Shown here one piece after another: positions 9,858-19,254 of a DNA stretch of 64,000 bases; the first letter of the stretch is position 1, and the number at the start of each line of letters is the position of its first letter. A program made the position numbers and the translations under genes. Source of the DNA: Bacillota bacterium (lineage in GTDB: Bacteria > Bacillota > Clostridia > Lachnospirales > Lachnospiraceae); contig JAKQFQ010000359.1 of assembly GCA_029558315.1 (NCBI GenBank), positions 15,789 to 79,788 on the forward strand. Reading direction: 5' to 3'. The notes under the pieces are model-generated. The model saw only the letters and a program-made list of their open reading frames with translations, had not been told where the DNA came from and ran no database searches.

Positions 9858-9871
9858 CCCGGAGGAATACA

Positions 9872-10915
9872 ATGGAGTTATCCATTATTGTACCTGTCTA
9901 TAATATGGCAGCAGATGACAAATTAAAGCATTGTATGGATTCTTTGATTGCACAAACAGTCGATGAGTATGAAATTATTGCAGTGGATGATGCCTCGACA
10001 GATGAGTCGTTAAAAGTGCTTAGATCCTATGAGAAAAAATATCCCGGGATTGTAAAGGTAATTGCATGCAAGGAGAATCAGCGACAAGGCGGAGCAAAGA
10101 ATGCAGGCTTGGAACAGGCATCAGGAAAATGGGTTGGATTTATTGACAGTGATGACTGGATTATGCCGGATATGTATCAAAAGCTAATTAAGAAGGCTGA
10201 TGCAACCGGGGCAGATCTGGTGGGCTGTGATTATGCAATCGTTACCTCCTATTGTGAACCGGATAAAATAAAACAAACACAAATGCAGGTTGTTGAGAAT
10301 AATACGCAGCAACAGACCGGTGTCCTGGACGAAGAGAAGCATAAGAAACTAATCTTAAGATCCGGCAGTATGGTGGTCAAAATATATCTAAGACAGATTA
10401 TAGAAGAGAACCACCTGCGTTTCCCGGAGAGGATGTTTTATGAGGATAATTGTGCGGCACCGCTTTGGTCGATGTATTTTACCCATTTTGAGAGAGTGGA
10501 AGAACCCCTGTATTTTTATCTGACCTTACCGGCTTCTACTACGCATCATGTGACCTGGGATAAATGCCAGGATCGGATGAAGGCGGCAAAGCTGTTGCTT
10601 GAGGAGAGCAGAGCGAGAGGCTTTTTTCAACAGTACCAGAAAGAGATTGAGTTTCGATTTACAGAATTATTTTACGTGACAACGTTATTTTCCTATATGT
10701 ATTCCGGAAAGAGACAATCGATAAAGCATACTCGATGGTTGAAAAAGCAAATGCTTGAGGCCGTCGATCGTTTTTGGGAAAATCCATATTATACTTCCAT
10801 GGTAGCTGCGGAAGATCAGAAATTCATTCGGATTCAGATGAAATCCAATGTCATTTTTTTCTTATATTACCGATTGCTTTTTGCATATCGGAAGCTTAGA
10901 AAAGGCGTAAGATAG
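9872..10915 (+). CDS. GT2-family glycosyltransferase embedded in the pse cluster
   Basis: LSIIVPVYNMA...IIAVDDASTDES...IDSDDW (GT-A DXD region). Confidence 0.8.
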   Translation: MELSIIVPVYNMAADDKLKHCMDSLIAQTVDEYEIIAVDDASTDESLKVLRSYEKKYPGIVKVIACKENQRQGGAKNAGLEQASGKWVGFIDSDDWIMPDMYQKLIKKADATGADLVGCDYAIVTSYCEPDKIKQTQMQVVENNTQQQTGVLDEEKHKKLILRSGSMVVKIYLRQIIEENHLRFPERMFYEDNCAAPLWSMYFTHFERVEEPLYFYLTLPASTTHHVTWDKCQDRMKAAKLLLEESRARGFFQQYQKEIEFRFTELFYVTTLFSYMYSGKRQSIKHTRWLKKQMLEAVDRFWENPYYTSMVAAEDQKFIRIQMKSNVIFFLYYRLLFAYRKLRKGVR

Positions 10916-10928
10916 GAGAGGGATTAAG

Positions 10929-11621
10929 ATGAAAGCCTGTGCGATTATTACGGCCCGTGGTGGCAGCAAGAGAATTCCCAGAAAGAATATTAAAGATTTC
11001 CTTGGGAAACCGATATTAACCTATTCAATTGAAGCTGCACTTGCCTGTGGAGTATTTGACGAAGTGATGGTTTCGACAGATGATGAAGAGATTGCAGAGA
11101 TCGCAAGAGAGGCAGGAGCCTGCGTACCTTTTGTCCGAAGCGAAAGCAATTCCAATGATATGGCGACAACGGCAGAGGTTATTGATGAAGTTGTGAAGTG
11201 CTATCAGATGGAGGAAAAAAAATTTGACTTCCTGTGCTGCATTTATCCGACGGCTCCTTTTCTTACTGCAGATGCGATAAAATGTGCAATGAAAACATTA
11301 GAGGAAAGTGAGGCTGATTCAGTTCTCCCAGTGGTTCGTTTTTCCTTTCCACCGCAACGCAGTGTTGTTATGAAGGACGGATATCTAGAACCGAAATGGC
11401 CTGAGAATATGCAGAAAAGATCACAGGATTTGGAAGAAATGTATCATGACTGCGGACAGTTCTACTGCCTGCGGACCAGCAGCTTCCTCAAACAGAAGAA
11501 AGTGGTAATGGAGAAGACGTTACCGTATTTTCAAGAGGAAATGACAGTACAGGATATTGACACATTAGAAGACTGGAAGATTGCAGAAGTGAAATATAAG
11601 ATCTGGAAAGATAGAATCTGA
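10929..11621 (+). CDS. pseF: Pseudaminic acid cytidylyltransferase (CMP-NeuAc synthetase family)
   Basis: AIITARGGSKRIPRKNIKDFLGKP N-terminal cytidylyltransferase motif. About 230 aa, in pse context. Confidence 0.8.
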   Translation: MKACAIITARGGSKRIPRKNIKDFLGKPILTYSIEAALACGVFDEVMVSTDDEEIAEIAREAGACVPFVRSESNSNDMATTAEVIDEVVKCYQMEEKKFDFLCCIYPTAPFLTADAIKCAMKTLEESEADSVLPVVRFSFPPQRSVVMKDGYLEPKWPENMQKRSQDLEEMYHDCGQFYCLRTSSFLKQKKVVMEKTLPYFQEEMTVQDIDTLEDWKIAEVKYKIWKDRI

Positions 11622-11628
11622 GGATAAT

Positions 11629-13611
11629 ATGGAGCTATATCTTAGAAAAGCAACACAATTGGATAAGAAACTTATTTTCGACTGGGCCAATGAAGCCAAG
11701 ACCAGGAATAATTCTTTCCATAGTGAGCCCATCCTTTGGGAGGAACACGAAGCGTGGTTTGAGAAGGTGTTAGAAGCCAAGGACACCTTTCTTTTTGTAT
11801 GCATGGATTTTATGGTGCCGGTTGGACAGATTAGAGTGCAACTGACATCGGATCGGAAAGGTATGATCAGTTATAGCGTGGAAGAGAGCCATCGGGGGAG
11901 AGGTTACGGAAGAACTATGCTGGCACTTCTGGAGAAGGAACTGATTAAAAATAAGCTTATCGGCTATACCTTGATTGGAGAGACCAGGCCGGAGAATGAA
12001 GCTTCTGGACGGGCCTTCCTTTCACAGGGATATCTAAGAACTGAAGCAAGTAAAGAAAAGAATTGCTACTGTAAGGAAATAACTGCTCAACACAAGGAAA
12101 CAGCAGAGAAGAATGATACTGCGTTACAAAAGCGAGAGGCTAAGTTTGAAATTCTTCGTGTGTTGGCAATGATGATGATCATTGTTTTGCACTATCTAAG
12201 CAAGGGAGAATTGCTTGGAAATATAACTGATGGTATGAATCGAGCGAATTGCTGGTTCTGGTTTCTTGAGGCAGCATGTCTTGTCAGTGTGAATGTCTAT
12301 GTTTTAATTAGCGGTTATTTTCTGGTAAACAGCAGATTTTCTCTTGGTAAATTAGTGAATCTATGGTGCAGAATTCTGTTCTATAGTATCGGTGTGAGTG
12401 TTGTTTTGGTGATAACAGGTGTAGTGGATTATAGAAGCATTCTGAATTTTTATGATTTACAGTTCTTTTGTCTGCCGACCATCAATGGCCATTATTGGTT
12501 TGCAACCTCATATGTGATTTTTTATCTGCTGGCACCATTTCTTGGAAAAGCAGCGAAGGCGATGAAGAAAAAGGAGTTGAAGCTTCTTATTTTTCTGCTG
12601 TTAATTCCATTTTGTTTCATCAAATCTATCCTTCCGGTTGCCTTACCGGTTGATGATCTTGGGAACAGCTTTGTCTGGTTTATCTGCCTGTTTTTTATTG
12701 CGGCGTATATCAGACTTTATGGAATTGCATTCTTTAAGACAAAATGGGCAGGATTGGCTGTTTATCTGATGTCTGTTGGTGGAATCCTGCTTTCGATACT
12801 TGCAGCAGGAAGCCTGGTGAAGCAGACAGGAAACTATGAGTATGCACTTACGATTCCGTCAAATTACAATTTCTTCTTTGTATTAACGGGATCGGTGGGA
12901 TTGTTCTGTGCATTTTTGAAGATGCAGTTTAAGAATAATATTTTAACAGGATATCTGGTCAGAATTGCTCCGTATACATTTGGTGTGTACCTGCTGCATG
13001 AGCATCTGCTGCTTCGTTATGAGTGGCCTGGGTGGCTTTGGGTTTCAAATATTTACGGTGGCTATCGCGTTCTTCACATTTTATTCTGTACAATATTTGT
13101 CTTGGTAATTGGAATTCTTGTCGACTGGATAAGAAGTTTGATTTTTACCGCAATCCAGAAATTAATAATTTTTTCTTTGAAAATATATTATGCCAAGCAG
13201 GAGGTCTGGGATTATCTGATTTTTGGTGCATTGGCCACAGTAGTGAACTGGGTGGTTTATATTGCATTTGCATACTGTTTTCTTGCCCCATTCTGGCAAT
13301 ATCATGATACTATAAGAGAAATGACTGCGAATGTGATTGCATGGATTGTTGCAGTGCTCTTTGCTTATTGGACCAACAGAACATTCGTCTTTCATAGTAG
13401 TGCGAAGGGAACAAAGGCAATGCTTAAGGAGTTTAGTTCCTTTATCAGTGCAAGAATTTTTTCGTTCCTTGTAGAGCTTGGCATGTTTTATATCTTTGTA
13501 GACTGGCTTGAGATCAATGACCTGATATCAAAGCTGATTATCAGTGTTGTTGTGATTATATTAAACTATATATTCAGTAAGCTGTGGATTTTTAAGAAAA
13601 AAGAAAAATAG
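11629..13611 (+). CDS. pseH: Tri-domain fusion: PseH-type GNAT N-acetyltransferase + acyltransferase-3 (10-TM-like) + GtrA-like 4-TM domain
   Basis: aa 1-~160 are PseH-like GNAT (LRKATQLDKKLIFDWAN...EEHEAWF...HRGRGYG). aa ~170-520 are the AT3 type (FEILRVLAMMMIIVLHY..., many hydrophobic segments). aa ~530-660 are the GtrA type (YLIFGALATVVNWVVY...AYWTNRTFVF...LNYIFSKLWIFKK). It is a single uninterrupted ORF. Confidence 0.75.
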   Translation: MELYLRKATQLDKKLIFDWANEAKTRNNSFHSEPILWEEHEAWFEKVLEAKDTFLFVCMDFMVPVGQIRVQLTSDRKGMISYSVEESHRGRGYGRTMLALLEKELIKNKLIGYTLIGETRPENEASGRAFLSQGYLRTEASKEKNCYCKEITAQHKETAEKNDTALQKREAKFEILRVLAMMMIIVLHYLSKGELLGNITDGMNRANCWFWFLEAACLVSVNVYVLISGYFLVNSRFSLGKLVNLWCRILFYSIGVSVVLVITGVVDYRSILNFYDLQFFCLPTINGHYWFATSYVIFYLLAPFLGKAAKAMKKKELKLLIFLLLIPFCFIKSILPVALPVDDLGNSFVWFICLFFIAAYIRLYGIAFFKTKWAGLAVYLMSVGGILLSILAAGSLVKQTGNYEYALTIPSNYNFFFVLTGSVGLFCAFLKMQFKNNILTGYLVRIAPYTFGVYLLHEHLLLRYEWPGWLWVSNIYGGYRVLHILFCTIFVLVIGILVDWIRSLIFTAIQKLIIFSLKIYYAKQEVWDYLIFGALATVVNWVVYIAFAYCFLAPFWQYHDTIREMTANVIAWIVAVLFAYWTNRTFVFHSSAKGTKAMLKEFSSFISARIFSFLVELGMFYIFVDWLEINDLISKLIISVVVIILNYIFSKLWIFKKKEK

Positions 13612-13625
13612 GAACGGGAGAGACG

Positions 13626-14066
13626 ATGAAAAAATTATTTGATCAACTAATTAAGTTTGGCCTTGTAGGTGCGTTTTGTTTTGTGATTGATTTTACGATT
13701 ACGGTCGGAATGAATCGAATCGGGGTAAATTATCTGATTGCTGCATTCTTTGGCTTTGTTATTTCCGTAACCGTGAACTATGTTCTTAGCTTTAAATTCG
13801 TGTTTAAGAGAAAAGAGAACCTGGACCGAAGAGCAGAGTTTATGATCTTTTTGATTCTCAGTGTTATCGGCCTTGGGATTAATGAACTGATTATGTATCT
13901 GTGTGTGGATCTGGTATACTATCAACAGGCCTGGTTACAGGAGAAAATCATAGAAAATACCGCTGTTATTGCCGCCAAAATTATTGCTACGGCAGTTGTT
14001 ATGGTATATAACTTTGTAACAAGAAAGCTTTTTCTCGAGAAAAAGGAAAAAACAAAGTCAGAATAA
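13626..14066 (+). CDS. gtrA: GtrA-family small membrane protein (putative polyprenyl-phosphate-sugar flippase component)
   Basis: 146 aa with four hydrophobic segments. LIKFGLVGAFCFVIDFTI...NYVLSFKFVFKR...YNFVTRKLFLF-type GtrA pattern. Confidence 0.8.
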   Translation: MKKLFDQLIKFGLVGAFCFVIDFTITVGMNRIGVNYLIAAFFGFVISVTVNYVLSFKFVFKRKENLDRRAEFMIFLILSVIGLGINELIMYLCVDLVYYQQAWLQEKIIENTAVIAAKIIATAVVMVYNFVTRKLFLEKKEKTKSE

Positions 14067-14077
14067 GGGAAACAAGA

Positions 14078-14108
14078 ATGAAAAAGAAAATGAAAAAGAA
14101 AATGAAAA
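14078..14108 (+). repeat. 12-bp tandem repeat (ATGAAAAAGAAA x2 plus a partial third copy) spanning the start codon
   Basis: atgaaaaagaaa atgaaaaagaaa atgaaaa, encoding MKKKMKKKMK. It provides three in-frame ATGs. Confidence 0.9.
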
Positions 14109-15859
14109 CAACAGCAGTCATGATCATTCCAATTGTCTTTTTGCTTTATTCGATGATTGGAATTAACCAGGGAGCAGATGTGACAGACACAACGTATAGT
14201 CTGGGCAATTATCTCTTCTTTAATGAAATGACGAGCGGATGGAAATATGCAATTTATCTTGCTAATTGTGTCGGCAGCCTGCTGATGACAGTGACGGGAG
14301 GTAAACTGATTCTGATGAATGCAGTTACACGGTTGTTTGTTGCGGCTATGGCAATTGCTGTCTTTTTCGTGTTACGTAAGAGAGTTCCGTCCCTGATTTT
14401 ATTTATTGGAGAAATTCTTGCAATTAGTATGTGCTGGTGCCCAACTGTAATTCTATATAATTATCTTACGTATTTCTTTCTGACAATAGCAGCATTATTG
14501 CTATATTCGGGGCTGCAGCGGCAAAAGAAAAGTCTTCTTCTGTTAGCCGGGATTCTTCTGGGATTAAATGTTTTTGTCAGAATTTCCAATCTGACACAGA
14601 TGTCACTTATTCTGGTCGTTTTGTATGACGCATGGAGTAAGAGAGCAGAAACCAGGTGGGGAATAATTTTCTGGAAGAATACTTTGTTTTGCGTTTTGGG
14701 ATATGGAATCGGATGCGTGGGAATGCTTGGAGTTATGTTGCTTGTAGAAGGAAGCGATGGATATCTGTCGATGATTTCCTGGTTGTATGGTATGTTTACT
14801 TCATCAGACAGCAATGGCGGGTACTCCATGTTTGATATGGTGAAGTCGATTGTGGGTAATTATGTGGGGAATGTGAAATGGCTATTGCTCATGGCTGCCG
14901 GTATTGCAGCCGGAACTGCGATGTTTTTGATTGCTAAGAGTAAAATGTTATGGATCAAGAGAATACTTTTTGCAGGTGGAGTAGGAATCCTGTTCCTGTA
15001 TTTCTATCGAAATGGGATGTTTACCGGTCTGTACTATAGTGTTGGAAGTATCTTTTGCATCAATGTGGTATTTCTGCTCATCGCCTATATTGTACTTCTT
15101 ATGGCACTGTTTCACAGAACGCTGGAACAGGAAGACAAATTACTTGCACTGCTGGCTTTTCTGATTCTGCTATTTACACCACTGGGAAGTAATAATCATG
15201 TATATACGATTATGAACAACCTCTTTTTCCTGGCTCCGGTCACTTTGATGCTGTTTTATAAAATGCTTACTCCATTTTTGCCTAAAGAACAGAGTTTTCC
15301 GCTTGCTTTTATGAGTATGGCATTTTTGATTCTATTCGTTATTCAGGCTGTAATGTTTCATTCCTCCTTTGTCTTTCGTGACGGAACCAATGGGGAGAAG
15401 CGTGATACGGTAATTGCAGGGAATAGTGTGATGAGCGGTATGATCACTAACGCTGCTCATGCACAGGCAATCGAGGAACTGGAGAATTATACAATGCAGA
15501 ATCATCTGCAGGGAAGGTATGCGTTATTCTATGGCAACATCCCAGGGGCACAATATTTGCTTAAGATGCCTTGCGCAATTTCTTCAACCTGGCCGGATTT
15601 AGACAGTTACTCGTATGAACAGTTCCTCGAGGAGAGCACTGTGTTTGAAAATGCAGAGACACTACCGCTTTTTGTGTTATCACCAGAAGTTGCTGCGTAT
15701 GTGACAGAAGATTCAGAAGGGATGCAATATCTTCTGATCGATCAGCATTTATATGAGAAAGATCAAAAGCTTGACCGAATCAGAACGATAATATTAGAAT
15801 ACAATTATAAGGAGATTTTTGGAAATCAAGAATTTGTCCTGATGGAAGGAAGCAGATAA
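14078..15859 (+). CDS. Large polytopic membrane protein, candidate GT-C-type extracytoplasmic glycosyltransferase
   Basis: 593 aa. The N-terminal ~430 aa are strongly hydrophobic and the C-terminal ~150 aa are soluble. An acidic stretch follows the first hydrophobic segment (NQGADVTDTTYSLGNY). It sits next to gtrA. The function is inference only. Confidence 0.45.
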   Translation: MKKKMKKKMKTTAVMIIPIVFLLYSMIGINQGADVTDTTYSLGNYLFFNEMTSGWKYAIYLANCVGSLLMTVTGGKLILMNAVTRLFVAAMAIAVFFVLRKRVPSLILFIGEILAISMCWCPTVILYNYLTYFFLTIAALLLYSGLQRQKKSLLLLAGILLGLNVFVRISNLTQMSLILVVLYDAWSKRAETRWGIIFWKNTLFCVLGYGIGCVGMLGVMLLVEGSDGYLSMISWLYGMFTSSDSNGGYSMFDMVKSIVGNYVGNVKWLLLMAAGIAAGTAMFLIAKSKMLWIKRILFAGGVGILFLYFYRNGMFTGLYYSVGSIFCINVVFLLIAYIVLLMALFHRTLEQEDKLLALLAFLILLFTPLGSNNHVYTIMNNLFFLAPVTLMLFYKMLTPFLPKEQSFPLAFMSMAFLILFVIQAVMFHSSFVFRDGTNGEKRDTVIAGNSVMSGMITNAAHAQAIEELENYTMQNHLQGRYALFYGNIPGAQYLLKMPCAISSTWPDLDSYSYEQFLEESTVFENAETLPLFVLSPEVAAYVTEDSEGMQYLLIDQHLYEKDQKLDRIRTIILEYNYKEIFGNQEFVLMEGSR

Positions 15860-16987
15860 ATGATTAATTTTAATGTACCGCCATATACGGGAAAAGAGAT
15901 GGATTACATCAAGCAGTGTGTTGAAGCACAGAAAATATGCGGAGACGGGCAGTTTACCAGAAAATGTAATGAGTGGATAGAGAAGAAGATGAAAGTCAGA
16001 AAGTGTCTGCTGACAACCTCCTGTACGCATGCAACAGAAATGGCTGCATTACTTGCAGGTATTAAAGAGGGGGATGAGGTGATTATGCCTTCCTATACTT
16101 TTGTTTCTTCTGCGAATGCTTTTGTGCTTCGTGGTGCGAAGGTTGTATTTGTTGATATCAGACCGGATACCATGAATATGGATGAAAATCTGATCGAACA
16201 GGCAATTACTGAAAAAACGAAGGCAATTGTTCCGGTGCATTATGCCGGTGTAGCTTGTGAAATGGATAAAATAATGGAGCTGGCAAAGAAATATCGTTTG
16301 CTTGTCATTGAGGATGCAGCACAGGGAGTCATGTCGAATTATCATGGACAGGCACTTGGTACGATTGGTGATCTGGGATGCTACAGTTTTCATGAAACCA
16401 AGAATTACAGTATGGGAGAAGGCGGAGCTCTTCTGATGCGGGACGAGTTGTACATTGAAGAAGCGGAGATTATTAGAGAAAAAGGAACGGATCGTAGTCG
16501 CTTTTTTAGAGGACAGGTTGATAAATATACCTGGGTTAATTACGGCTCATCATATCTGCCAAGTGATATGAATGCAGCATATCTGTATGCACAGCTGGAA
16601 TTGGCAGAAGAGATTAATCAAGAAAGACTTGCCATCTGGAACCGATACTATGAAGGCCTTCGTCCACTGATGGAAGAGGGCAGACTACAGTTGCCTACAA
16701 TACCGGAAGGCTGTGTTCATAATGCACACATGTTTTATGTGAAAGCTGCAGATTTTGAAGAAAGAACGGCCTTGATCTCCTTTTTGAAGGAACAGGATAT
16801 CTTGTCGGTATTTCACTATATACCACTTCATACATCTCCGGCAGGAAAACAGTTTGGAAGATTTAATGGAGAGGATGTCTATACCACCAAGGAGAGCGAA
16901 AGACTGACAAGGCTTCCGCTATATTATAACATGACCCGGGAGCAGAATGAATATATCATTGATAAGGTGAAGGAGTTTTACCGCTAA
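15860..16987 (+). CDS. wecE: dTDP-4-amino-4,6-dideoxyhexose aminotransferase (WecE/RffA-like, DegT family)
   Basis: Collinear by eye with E. coli WecE: FNVPPYTGKEMDYI, CGDGQFTRKC, EVIMPSYTFVSSANAFVLRGAKVVFVDIRPDTMNMDE, VPVHYAGVACEMD, SFHETKNY, REKGTDRSRFFRGQVDKYTW, VFHYIPLH, TKESERLTRLPLYYN. Confidence 0.85.
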   Translation: MINFNVPPYTGKEMDYIKQCVEAQKICGDGQFTRKCNEWIEKKMKVRKCLLTTSCTHATEMAALLAGIKEGDEVIMPSYTFVSSANAFVLRGAKVVFVDIRPDTMNMDENLIEQAITEKTKAIVPVHYAGVACEMDKIMELAKKYRLLVIEDAAQGVMSNYHGQALGTIGDLGCYSFHETKNYSMGEGGALLMRDELYIEEAEIIREKGTDRSRFFRGQVDKYTWVNYGSSYLPSDMNAAYLYAQLELAEEINQERLAIWNRYYEGLRPLMEEGRLQLPTIPEGCVHNAHMFYVKAADFEERTALISFLKEQDILSVFHYIPLHTSPAGKQFGRFNGEDVYTTKESERLTRLPLYYNMTREQNEYIIDKVKEFYR

Positions 16988-16991
16988 ACAT

Positions 16992-18701
16992 ATGAAGAAG
17001 AAGGAAATGGCAATTTGTGCCGTGATTACAATTGGTTTTTTTGCAGTCATTGCGATGTGCTTTGATATGATGTATTGTCTTAACGATGATCTCATGATAC
17101 AGAGTATTCTTTCGGGTGGCTTTAGCGCAAAACCGAGCGGAATGAGTGTCTATCTGAGTCAGCCGTTAAGTTCCCTGCTGAGCTTTTTATATTCAATTAT
17201 TCCTGGTGTGCCCTGGTTGGGGGCTTTTTTCTGTACCTGCTATATTGTTGGCTTCTTTCTGATACTATACCGCCTTTTTTTACTGTTTCATTCTAAAAAG
17301 GAGCAGATTCTGGCGGCTGTAATCTGTATAAGTGCTTTTCTTGCTTTGTGTCTGAATAGTTATGTAATGATTCATTATACTGTCGTAGCTGCAATCACAG
17401 GTGGCTGCGGTATTTTTATGATGGTAACGGATAATCTGTTAGATAAACCGCGTTTTGGAAGGCGAATTGTTTCTGTGATTCTTCTTTGGTTTTGCTATCT
17501 GATTCGGACAAAGGTTTTTTTCCTGCTGATCCCATTTATCCTGTGTACACTGGCTTTGGATGTAATGGGAGACCATTCCAAAAAACACATGAAGCAGCTG
17601 ATTAGCTATCTTCTGGTGCTTTTTGGTGGACTAATGATTCTGATTGGAGTGAACCAATTCTGTTATTCCGAAGAGGCATGGCAGCAGTATCTGGCATATA
17701 ATGATGCCAGAACAGAAGTTTATGATTATCGCGGAATCTGGACTGATATAGATTCACTGCAATACTATCAGGAACAGAAAATTACAGAAGAGCAGCTTTT
17801 GATGTATCAAAGCTACAATATTATGCTTGATGATAATGCCGGGAATCTACAAGGAACCCAAATATTACAAAAGATTGCAGATAATCCGAACATTCCCGGA
17901 ACACAAGTATCCATTGTTAACAGAATCAAGAATGCATTATGGATTTACAAAGACCAGACAATTCATTCAGAGGATGGATATCCCTATAATTATTTGGCAA
18001 TAGGGATGTATTTACTTCTTGGTATTGTAATCCTTAGAGCTAAGAGATATTGGCATTGTTTGATTCTATTGCTAAGCGGTGGGGCGAGAAGCAGTTTATT
18101 CCTTTATCTCTATGCCTTTGGACGTTATCCAGAGAGAGTGACGCTTTCTATATATCTGGTGGAATTTCTCTTCCTTATGGGGTATTTGCTGTATCTTACA
18201 TTAACATCAAGGGACAGCCCAAAGAAGAGATATGTACAGGAAAGCATATTACTGCTTGTTTTTCTCTTGATTTCTGTTAATGGCATCAGCGTAACAATAC
18301 AGGATTGCAGGGAACAAAAATCTGTTAATGAAGCAGAGGATGTGGTATACTCATACATGGAATCCCATCCGGAGAATTTTTATTTTTTGGATGTCTATAC
18401 TACGGTATATCACACAAGAGGTGTATTTGATCCGATGGACAAGGAACCGGAGAATTATCTGTATCTTGGTGGCTGGATGACAGGAAGCCCATTGGTAACG
18501 ATGAAAAAAGAGTATTTTGGAATCGAAGAGATTAAAGATGCCTTGTTATATGCTGATAATGCCCTGTTTATCACCAGGGATGGAACCGGAATGACAGCAG
18601 AAAATCTGGAAAAGTGTCTGGGAGTGGAAGAAGGATATTTTCAATTGGTAGATATGTTACAGGGGGGAAATGATAATTTTTTGATTTATCAGGCGCAGTA
18701 A
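16992..18701 (+). CDS. Large polytopic membrane protein with a C-terminal soluble domain, candidate GT-C-type transferase
   Basis: 569 aa. Hydrophobic segments run to about aa 440. An NDD motif follows the first segment (CLNDDLMIQSIL). No family recognised. Confidence 0.4.
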   Translation: MKKKEMAICAVITIGFFAVIAMCFDMMYCLNDDLMIQSILSGGFSAKPSGMSVYLSQPLSSLLSFLYSIIPGVPWLGAFFCTCYIVGFFLILYRLFLLFHSKKEQILAAVICISAFLALCLNSYVMIHYTVVAAITGGCGIFMMVTDNLLDKPRFGRRIVSVILLWFCYLIRTKVFFLLIPFILCTLALDVMGDHSKKHMKQLISYLLVLFGGLMILIGVNQFCYSEEAWQQYLAYNDARTEVYDYRGIWTDIDSLQYYQEQKITEEQLLMYQSYNIMLDDNAGNLQGTQILQKIADNPNIPGTQVSIVNRIKNALWIYKDQTIHSEDGYPYNYLAIGMYLLLGIVILRAKRYWHCLILLLSGGARSSLFLYLYAFGRYPERVTLSIYLVEFLFLMGYLLYLTLTSRDSPKKRYVQESILLLVFLLISVNGISVTIQDCREQKSVNEAEDVVYSYMESHPENFYFLDVYTTVYHTRGVFDPMDKEPENYLYLGGWMTGSPLVTMKKEYFGIEEIKDALLYADNALFITRDGTGMTAENLEKCLGVEEGYFQLVDMLQGGNDNFLIYQAQ

Positions 18702-18717
18702 AGACTGCTGGAAAGGC

Positions 18718-19254
18718 ATGGTTAGAGTAATGAGTCAGGAATACGTTATCGTTGGAGAGAAAATCTGTCTTCGAAGGATGACAGTTGAGGATACACAACA
18801 GATTATCCAGTGGAGAAATTCTGAAGAAGTGATGGAGCAGTTCCTCTTTCGGGAGCCGTTGACAGTAAAGATGCATTTGAGCTGGATTGAGAATAAAGTC
18901 AAGACCGGATTGGTAGAGCAATTTATTGTATGCGTAAAGGAGACCGGGCGGGAAATAGGAAGCACCTATTTAAGAGACATTGACCGCAAAGAAAAAACTG
19001 CTGAATATGGAATGTTTATTGGGGAGACAGAGGAAAAAGGCAAAGGATACGGCAGGGAAATGGAAGATTTGACAACCCGTTATGCATTGGACTCTCTGGG
19101 AATGGAGAAAGTTATGATCAGAATGCTTGAGAGTAATATTGCTTCATATAAAGCTGCAATAGCGAATGGTTACCGCGTGATACCGGAGAAAGAAGAGACG
19201 ATGGTTCTGGATGGGCATCCGCAAAAGGTGATTTTTATGGAGGTGACGAAATGA
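18718..19254 (+). CDS. GNAT-family N-acetyltransferase (RimJ/RimL-like; candidate amino-sugar N-acetyltransferase)
   Basis: LRRMTVEDTQQIIQWRN...GKGYGRE...GYRV pattern. The start is uncertain (ATG 18718 has an RBS only 1 nt away; the alternative ATG is at 18730). Confidence 0.7.
   Translation: MVRVMSQEYVIVGEKICLRRMTVEDTQQIIQWRNSEEVMEQFLFREPLTVKMHLSWIENKVKTGLVEQFIVCVKETGREIGSTYLRDIDRKEKTAEYGMFIGETEEKGKGYGREMEDLTTRYALDSLGMEKVMIRMLESNIASYKAAIANGYRVIPEKEETMVLDGHPQKVIFMEVTK

Noticed and set aside
5551-13611. Alternative reading of the nonulosonic acid cluster as a legionaminic acid or N-acetylneuraminic acid pathway
   Set aside because: The hydrolase is MurG/GT28-like (PseG type) rather than a NeuC/LegG 2-epimerase. 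The N-acetyltransferase is GNAT (PseH type) rather than the hexapeptide LegH/NeuD type. The dehydratase matches inverting PseB closely.
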